NCBI GenBank assembly: GCA_964016885.1
Contig: OZ024740.1
Coordinates: 382,168,001-382,232,000, forward strand
Reading direction: 5' to 3'
DNA length: 64,000 bases
DNA from: Eledone cirrhosa
Lineage: Eukaryota
This document shows, piece after piece, positions 55,386 through 64,000 of this stretch (positions are counted from its first letter, which is position 1; each line of letters opens with the position of its first letter). The notes under the pieces were generated by a model that made no database searches, was not told the DNA's origin, and saw nothing but the letters and a program-made list of their open reading frames with translations. Both the position numbers and the translations under genes were made by a program.

Positions 55386-57264
55386 CGTGTGTGTGTGTGT
55401 GCATGTATATAAATATATGTATGTATGTGTGTGTACATACGGAGCTTACTACTGAGGTCTGTTTAATTTCATCTTTTGCCTCTAAAACACCAGAGTGCCA
55501 GCCAAACGGTATATCAGATATAGTGTGTTGGGGATTAACTTCACTGGTACATCCCAGACCAACCTTATTGGGAAGGCAGAAAACAGAGCAGTATTGTTTC
55601 TGCGATATCACACCCACGGTTTTAGCATTGTCTTGAAGAATGGCATTTTCCTCAATCAGAGCGCCAGCTGTAGAGACAATGAACTTGTGTTTATTCTTAA
55701 ATGAAAAAAATAATTTGGGATATCGTTTGATTTTCTAAATGGCCCATTCATCCTCAGCTGTTCTTTAGTTATTAATGTTGGTCTTCCTGCGTTGTTGGAG
55801 AATATATCTTTTGATTCTAGTCGAGCGATAACAGTCAAATTTTAGTTTGTTGATTGTTATTGTTCTTTTTACTTTTCTGATAATAGTGCTTCTGCTTTGG
55901 GGGATTCTGCACTTCTTTCTCAAAGCACATTATATCCTCTTGGGAATATAAATTAGACATTAGACTGTATCCTCCGATCTCACCACCCAAAGACAACATA
56001 ATCATTGAGAGATAGCATTTTGGGGGGCCTGCGTAGTAAGACTCAATATTTTGTTGATGATAAACCTCAATAAAATCAACAGTTTGTGGGGCACATTGGT
56101 TTCAGGAAAGGCTGCAATGATGGCTAGAATGGCAATGGTCGTCATCATCGTGAAAAAACAGCTGTTAATATCCGCAGAACATTTTTTAATGTGAAATATG
56201 AATTATAATGCTTTAAAAATGCAAATGTCTATCACACATGAGAGATAGAGGGAGAAAAGTGGAGCTCAGTGATTGAGAGAGAGAAAGAGAGAGTGAGTGA
56301 GTAAGTGAGAGAGAGAGAGAGAGAGATCAATATATACATATATTAAATATGTAAATACTTATGTACATATTTATGAAAGAAATCTGAATTTGGAAGATGA
56401 AAGTAAAGACAATTTTTTCACGTATATGGTTCTGGGAATTGAAAAAAATAGAAATATAAGAAAATCAGCGTACTTGAATTCATAATCTTCATCATCAACA
56501 GTGATAACAATAGCACAGAGGAAAGGAAAACACAAATAATTAATGAAATTTAATACGCATTACCTTTTGTCAAGCTTCTCTTACATCGACATGAGTATGA
56601 ATCAACACGCTCTCAATATTATTTTCTAACAATATAAAGGATTATTCAATAAAGAGAAAATATGTTCAAGATTCTGCTTTCGGCTAGATTTTCCAAACAT
56701 TCTTATAAAGAAAAAAATCCTGGAAGAATTATGAATAAATAGAACCAAAATATAGAAAAAATAATAGAAAGATGATAAGCAAAAATAATGACAATAAGCA
56801 AAAATAAATAATACTATGAAATAAGTGAATAAAAACAAATAACACCACAAGTGCATAATGAAATATAAAACATTAAACATTCCAACGTTCGCATCAAATT
56901 TCTCCATATCTGTTTAAAATGCGCAAACTATTCTACGAATGGAGATTAAAGAAAACATTCTACGCCTATTTAATTATACATATACATACTTACATACAAA
57001 CAAACATTCACAGTCAAGCAATAAACAAACACGCACTTACACACACACACAAACATTTGCACACACATACATACACACACATATATATATATATGCACAT
57101 AGAATATAAATCTGTCATTTGCAAATTATGTATCTGCATACGTATCGCATACATTTATATATGCTTATATATATATATATGAATGGACCTGTTATTTTTA
57201 TCTAAAGACATTTTTTCCATTTCCATCCCACCCGTCCCCTCAATCTATCTTATTTCTCATTCTT

Positions 57265-57300
57265 TCTTCTGATGAAGGACTAGCGTCCGAAACGTTAAGA
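57265..57300 (+). ncRNA. Minimal (dimer-type) hammerhead ribozyme
   Basis: TCTT-CTGATGA-A-GGAC tagc GTCC-GAA-AC GT-T-AAGA, with palindromic AACGTT in place of stem III. Confidence 0.7.
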
Positions 57301-57408
57301 CCCGTTTCCTGCTATATCAAGAGTTAATTTAATATATCCCTTCCATATATACTGTACCGATTGTGTTGTTATTTCTGTTTACCCTTTACCCCCCCCCCCC
57401 CCCCACAC

Positions 57409-57479
<71 letters not shown>

Positions 57480-57561
57480 AAACGTAAACGGAAACAACAA
57501 ATCACCCAACAGAGTAAAATGAAGACATATTAGTTTAACGCTAAATATAGTAGGAAAAGAA

Positions 57562-57597
57562 TCTTTGTGTTTCGGACAATATTCCTTCATCAGAAGA
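57562..57597 (-). ncRNA. Decayed hammerhead of the same family
   Basis: Reverse complement TCTT-CTGATGA-A-GGA atattg TCC-GAAAC-ACA-AAGA. The cleavage triplet is lost. Confidence 0.5.
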
Positions 57598-57747
57598 AGG
57601 AGTGAGAAATAAAATATGAAATAGAAAGATAAACAATAAGAAATGTTAACAGAAACATTTTAGAAAGAAAAAGTACGTGTGTATTCAGTACTAAATTTCC
57701 ATTTAGGGGAAATACACACACACATACACACACACACACAGGTACAC

Positions 57748-57797
<50 letters not shown>

Positions 57798-57800
<3 letters not shown>

Positions 57801-58268
57801 CTTGAGCAGATCCCTTATGCCGTTGAACGCCTTCCATCCGACCGTTACTCTCCGCGAGATCCCCCTCTCAATGTCTCGGCGCATGTTCACTTTTTGTCCT
57901 AGGTAGACGTATTCCTCCACCTCCTCTATTTCATCACCGCCAACAACCATATATATATATATATATGGTTGTTGGCGGTGATGAAATAGAGGAGGGTAAC
58001 GGTCGGATGGAAGGCGTTCAACGGCATAAGGGATCTGCTCAAGGGGAGGTTGGACAAGATCACCCGCGCAAACCTCTTCAATAGCACAGTTTTACCTGCA
58101 ATGTTATATGGCAGTGAAACTTGGGCTACAACAAAGAGAGAAGAGCAGAGGCTGGTAACGGCTCAAAGAGTCATGGAGAGATCAATGCTAGGAATCTCGT
58201 TGAGCGAATCTTCATCAGGAGCGAAGTCATCAGACAGAAGTCCATTGTGAGGGTCGTCATCACGGAAT
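57798..58268. mobile_element. RTE LINE RT fragment, inverted-duplicated around (TA)n
   Basis: Minus arm EEVEEYVYLGQ...GWKAFNGIRDLLKG. The plus arm repeats it with an internal deletion and continues LFNSTVLPAMLYGSETW...AQRVMERSMLGIS. Confidence 0.85.
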
Positions 58269-59294
58269 ATATATATATATATATAAGCAGAACATCTAGT
58301 AGACATTAGCAATATACAGTTCTAACAAATTCCTAGACATTGTTGTTTCTGGTCTTGACACACCACAATAATTACCCTAATTAAATGAATAATTATTATG
58401 TTACGAAGCCGACCTTCATCAGTAAGACAATCTTATTAATTAGACAAGACATTAATTGTCAATATTAAGTTTGCATCGAACATAAGCGTATGTGTTGATA
58501 TGGCAGCTGCGACAGTAACCGTGACAGTCTTGGACAGAGGAAGACATGAAGGAATAATAAAAGTAGCACACTGGTATGTTGTGAAGTAACTCTACCAGTA
58601 TCGTATTTTTAAGTTAGCTTTAATACATAAGCAGTAATGAGGCACGAATAAAAGGAAGAACATAGTGTTTAAAGAAAGTCAAGTTAATTGAGATGCGCGA
58701 AGAAACTAGGCGAAAACTAAATGAGTCTAATTTTACATAAATAGCTAATCCTGCATTTTGCATGATGTAATCGATATTATATATATAAATATATAACCCA
58801 TACGTACATATATATGTGTGTGCATGTATGTGAAAGGTTTCAAGGTAATCAAATCACTCAAAAGTACTGCAGGTGTGGGGTAAACAATCAAGGTGTTGTT
58901 GACTGTTTTTTTTTTCGACTTGAGGCCTTGCGCATAAAGAATAAGTACCGGGAGGACAAAGAATAGTAAACAACATCATCCTGATGTTGTTCTGTGCAAG
59001 AGCCCGTGTCTTTGGTCCTCGTAAAACTGGCTTTTACATAAGGAAAACAACCCAGCTTATTCGTAGCAGTTGATCGAAGGTGTTATGACGAAGAAATGCA
59101 CATCGCTCATTTGCCTGGATTCGTACTCTCCAGAGAGGGCCCCATGTTAATTCTAGTTGTTTGTAAAATGAAGATGCCCCTGAAAGAGTCCCGCTTTGTA
59201 AGTTGAGAGATCAGGCTGATTGTGCCGGTAGTGTTGAGAGCCATTCCAGAGTAAGAATTACAGACTGAATTACGTATAAAATTACAAATACTAT

Positions 59295-59458
<164 letters not shown>

Positions 59459-60232
59459 CGTGCGTGTGTGCGTGTATGTGTGTGGGTATGTATGCAAAAG
59501 GGAATGCGTGCCATAAAAAATGATGATAATTATAGATGTTAATCTATACATGAATCCATTGATAAATTGCTTCCGTAAAGACCTCGAATTTTAATTTAGT
59601 ATGAAATGATCACATTTTGAACTCAGTCAAATTTAGACAAACTAATATCTCGTAAATATGATAAAAACGTTCGTTTAAAATGATAACCTACAATGCTAAA
59701 AAAGCAAGTAGTCTTTTGTGATACATTTCCTGATAACATTTCCTCATAAACCAGTGTTGTTAAATGACAGTTGTAAAAGGAATAATCGTAAAATATGCTT
59801 GATTGCTTGCAAACTTCCTTAGTCTTATTTACATTCATCGAAAACTTGGTTGCTTCCTAAATTACTAAGGTATAGATGCCATTCAAAAATTAAAACCTTA
59901 CATGGAAAGGAAAACATAGAAACTTTGAATTGCACATCTATCTAATCACTTTTGTATATAAACTACAAAAAGAACCTCTTAAATTATTTCAATGAATTAT
60001 GTAATAGAAAAATATAAACGCTAGTGTGCTTAAGCCTGAGCACGAACTCATTATATCCTTTAATATATATGCAATATATATCTTTTAATACATTCATAAT
60101 TTAAATGAAATAATTTCCTTTCGTTTTATATTTTCTAAAAAGTGTTTATGGAGGTTTATTGAAACAAAATATGAATTTCGGTTGAATAGACGCTAAAGGC
60201 TTCATCGCCTTCGTGTTATATTCTATTAAATA

Positions 60233-61279
60233 CTAGCTGATGTACCCAGCTTCGCCCTTGTAAACATATGATAAGAAAAGACAGGTAGAAGAGAAAATTA
60301 CTGTATTGGATGTTTGTCTCGTTTACAGTATGAGTCGAGACCGTGGTGTGTGTAACAAAACAAAAACACAGTAAGAAATATTCCAGATACACCAAATTCT
60401 TCGTTTTAATGTTAGTGCATAGTATATGAAGATTTCTGGATGTGCCTACTCATGAACCACCTACATATAACTGTCCATGGGTAAAAAACGATTCTCTCAT
60501 ATTCAATTCTACAACTTTGAGACATTGTGCCTGAGCTTATTCATGATCATAACAAAAATATCACTAACTGGGAAATGACGTTTTAAGAATTTGAACTGCA
60601 GCTCGGTAGAGAAAGAGATGAGAGGAATCTTGGGAATAAATGCATTTTCCTCTTGATGGTTGCCTCCAAGAATAGTGACCTCTAGAAGAGGGTTCCTTAT
60701 CCGCCTTACTATAAAATGTGTGCTAATGCATAACAGAAGCGGGTGAACGTTTCTCAAAAGGATGATGGAAGTTCCAATATCTTAAATCATATATATATAG
60801 ATATAGAGAGTTGTATATAAATGTGTATGTGTGTGTGCGTTCGCACGTGTGTGAGTATGTGTGCCTGTGTTTCTGTGTAAACCAGCGTTTGAATCTGATT
60901 CGCAGGCCGCACATGTAGATGTGTGTTTAATTCTCTTGTCTGTGTATCTGATTAAGTATTAACGTGAAGATGTGTGTCTATGTAAGTTACTAAGGCGTAG
61001 CGTACGTAACGAACACGCAAACACACACAGACACATACATACTCATATTGAAAATGTGACGTCGTCGTCGCATTACAAAATATCCGTTTCCTTACAGTTG
61101 TCTGGAGTAGATTCTTTTAAATAAAGTATTATATTGTTTTAATAGAAATGAAAATAACTTACATGTTGACTCTCCCGAGGTCTAATACCTTATACAATTT
61201 GATTTGATTTGGTCGAGCCTTTTGGGAATGCTTAAGGAAAAGACAGACACACAGAGAGACAAATAATTATATATAGAGA
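60233..61279 (-). mobile_element. Internally deleted Helitron retaining a Pif1-helicase C-terminal remnant
   Basis: Minus-strand A|TC 5' end; 3' GGGCGAAGCTGGG hairpin remnant then CTAG|T. Translations RNVHPLLLC..LLEVTILGG..FIPKIPLI..FKFLKRHFPV, FTHGQLYVGGS*VG and KTKNLVY match Helitron helicase motifs V/VI. Confidence 0.85.
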
Positions 61280-61608
61280 TATTTTGTGTAGAAGTATCTG
61301 TCGTTTGGGCGGTGAAATATACATGAACTATCATAAGCATTAGCGTAGGAGCAAAACTAAGTATATTTCGTGGGTTTACAATCTTGGTTTCTGTTTACAA
61401 TTTTACTTTCAGCGTCTACATGTATTATTTTTTTCCCAGAATTTCTTCTTATCATTCATTTTCTCCCTCACGCGTTCTCTGTTTACGACATTTTCGATTT
61501 CTGTTAGTATATATTCACACACATTCTCTCTCCCCCTCTCTCTTCTCACACATACAGGCAAACAAACAAACACACACACACACATATATATATGTATGTG
61601 TGTATGTA

Positions 61609-61679
<71 letters not shown>

Positions 61680-61681
<2 letters not shown>

Positions 61682-62808
61682 ATACTTGGGGAGGATCCTC
61701 ACTCATAGCAAGCTGGTGGTCACTACCCAGTGTGCTGAAATAGTTGTATGGTTCTGTGTTCAGAACATTATTCCGCCACCTTTTCCTCACCAGAATGAAA
61801 TCAATCTGGGACTTGGACAGGTGCAAATCTGAGATGTAGGTCCACATCTTCCCCGGCTTCTTCCTAAACTTTAGGTTGGTCGCTATCAAGTTCGCCTCCA
61901 GCAGGGTGTCTCTCAGTAGTCTTCCATTTCGGTTGGTGTTATTATGGAAGTACCAGCAATGATCTTCACTGCCCTCCTTACTCAGATGTGCATTGAAGTC
62001 CCCCAAAACAAGCAGGATGTTGTGTGCTTGTGTCGTGTTGACAGATCTACACACCTCCTCATGGAACTCTTCCGCACTCACATCACTGTCTCCCTCGGCT
62101 GAGATGACTGTCAGTCTTGGGTTTCCATTGAAGGTGACCCTCAACACTCGCGGGGAGACAGGCATTATTTCCCTCACCAATAGACTGGTTTTTGTGCTGA
62201 AAACAAAACCCACTCCTCCCACTGCAGCATTGGTCATGTTCCTCACTGCCGATGTTGTGATGAGCTGGCTCCTCTTCCCAATTATCACACTCCTCACGGG
62301 CTCATCGTGTAGGATACTGTGTTCTTGGATCGCAAGTATCTTTATACCACTCTCCTCGAACAGATGTCCCAACTCCTCTCCCTTCTCCAGCGTCAGAATT
62401 GTCCTCACATTCAAAGTGCCCATTTTGATGGCTCTTCTGCAGGACAAAACTGCATTCTTTATATTTGTCTCAGAGACAACTGATCCATCATCCACTTGCC
62501 TTCCCTGTGGCTCTAAGCCAGCAGAGTGATAACGACTAGACTCCTCCTTGACAGTGTAATTAGGGGCTCTAACCCTAGTGCTGTTAGATCGACTCTCCAT
62601 ATTTCTTTTCAATGGCTGACAATACCTTACCGGCGCCACTCGAATAAGGTAGTTATTTAACCCATAAATGGGGCCCTATCATGTACTACTACTCCGGGCT
62701 AGAGCAGACCTGGGAGTTATGACAACTAAGGGGTAAGTCCACATTCCCCACAGCTCCTAAACTCCCGAACTGGAGCCTTGCCACTGGATGTAGTTTAATG
62801 TCATACCC

Positions 62809-62815
<7 letters not shown>
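61680..62815 (-). mobile_element. RTE-clade LINE 5' portion: AP endonuclease ORF (61680-62639) plus 5' UTR
   Basis: MGTLNVRT, LAIQEH, GGVGF, LGDFNAH, NRNG, SQIDFILV and SDHQL. Truncated after the endonuclease at (TA)n. Confidence 0.9.
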
Positions 62816-62885
<70 letters not shown>

Positions 62886-62920
62886 GCACATATATATATA
62901 ATATATATATATATATAATA

Positions 62921-63114
62921 TACGTAGGTCCCGGGTTGAGTCGGGGATAACCACAGTAAGTAAGGTACTCAATACATGGCAGAGTAACATTTTTTTATTT
63001 TATAGAAGGAGCTTCTACAGGACTAGTACTGTTTCATTCAGATGAAATCTTCAGGAGCTTCCTGAAGATTTCATCTGAATGAAACAGTACTAGTCCTGTA
63101 GAAGCTCCTTCTAT
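62921..63114. mobile_element. Foldback mini-element (family A) with back-to-back hammerheads
   Basis: Palindrome 63001-63114 centred near 63057. The left flank is homologous to 2184-2260. Confidence 0.8.
63053..63109 (+). ncRNA. Type I hammerhead ribozyme
   Basis: AGGAGCTTC-CTGAAGA-T TTC atct GAA T-GAA-ACAG tactagtc CTGT-A-GAAGCTCCT. 9-bp stem I, GTA site. Mirror copy at about 63009-63060 on the minus strand. Confidence 0.8.
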
Positions 63115-63129
63115 ATATAATATATATAT

Positions 63130-63163
<34 letters not shown>

Positions 63164-63202
63164 ATATATATATATATAATATATATACATATATATATAT
63201 AT

Positions 63203-63857
63203 ATATTAGTGAAAAAGAACAAAGGAACTATTATGACATTATAACAAGTTTATTGCCGACAGCCGTTTCGTCCGACCCCATGGTGGGATTTATCAAGGCA
63301 TATAACATGTGATTGCAAGATCATTGTTTACATCAACGTATCACTCAAGGCTAGCAGTTTGAAATTGTTGTATACATCAGCAACTCCGCTTGTATAGTTG
63401 TGGTCAATATTCTAAGGGGGGCTCTTTTATATTAGTTGTCGGGGTCAGGGATTGAAGTTTAAAAATTAGACAAAAATATATAATTTACGCATCAACATTA
63501 AACTAAAAGACTTGGGGTCCCGTAGAAGGTGCTTCTACGGGACCCCAAGTCTTTTAGTTTAATGTTGATGCGTAAATTATATATTTTTGTCTAATTTTTA
63601 AACTTCAATCCCTGACCCCGACAACTAATATAAAAGAGCTCCCCTTAGAATATTGACCACAACTATACAAGCGGAGTTGCTGATGTATACAACAATTTCA
63701 AACTGCCAGCCTTGAGTGATACGTTGATGTAAACAATGATCTTGCAATCACATGTTATATGCCTTGATAAGTCCCACCATGGGGTCGGACGAAACGGCTG
63801 TCGGCAATAAACTTGTTATAATGTCATAATAGTTCCTTTGTTCTTTTCCACTAATAT
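63203..63857. mobile_element. About 325-bp-arm near-perfect palindrome (family H) with a hammerhead in each arm
   Basis: Centre GAAG-gtg-CTTC at 63530. The arms differ by only a few substitutions. Confidence 0.9.
63760..63806 (+). ncRNA. Type I hammerhead, U3-A8 core variant
   Basis: TGCC-TTGATAA-GTCC caccatggggtc GGAC-GAA-AC ggct GT-C-GGCA, then AATAAA. Mirror copy at 63254-63300 on the minus strand has G10.1 changed to A. Confidence 0.75.
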
Positions 63858-63961
63858 TTCTGCTCTGCGTATACGCATAGAGCTTAACTAGCTACCGTCA
63901 CATATTTGGTAAGTCAGACGTGATCATCGCGATTCACATACGACCTACCATACATCTTACT

Positions 63962-63995
<34 letters not shown>

Positions 63996-64000
63996 TATAT

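Noticed and set aside
58880-59270. Possible PLE endonuclease C-terminus (QLLRISWVVFLM*KPVL) on the minus strand
   Set aside because: Similarity too weak to call without a search.

Overview
AT-rich eukaryotic DNA saturated with (TA)n/(CA)n/(GA)n microsatellites. The SINE families and repeat landscape look like an octopus/cephalopod genome (inference). Nearly all of the I/Y/H/T/V/C-rich ORFs in the track are microsatellite translations. The only plausible host coding sequence is a first exon at 311-701 (hydrophobic signal/TM segment, then a phase-1 GTAAGT donor). I could not identify a second exon, so the rest is probably one giant intron. It holds a decayed Tx1/L1-clade LINE, CR1/L2-like and RTE fragments, two non-autonomous Helitrons, many tRNA-derived SINEs and Penelope-like (PLE) RT and GIY-YIG remnants. 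The main finding is about 20 intact or decayed type I hammerhead ribozyme (HHR) motifs, parsed by eye, from several unrelated small repeat families. The clearest case is a very young 466-bp tandem array with one minimal HHR per complete unit (retrozyme-like), arranged as a head-to-head foldback at 23066-25503. Many other HHR-bearing units share the architecture: inserted in (TA)n, inverted-duplicated, and with both 3' ends pointing outwards. No searches or folding programs were run, so family names and structures are manual readings.
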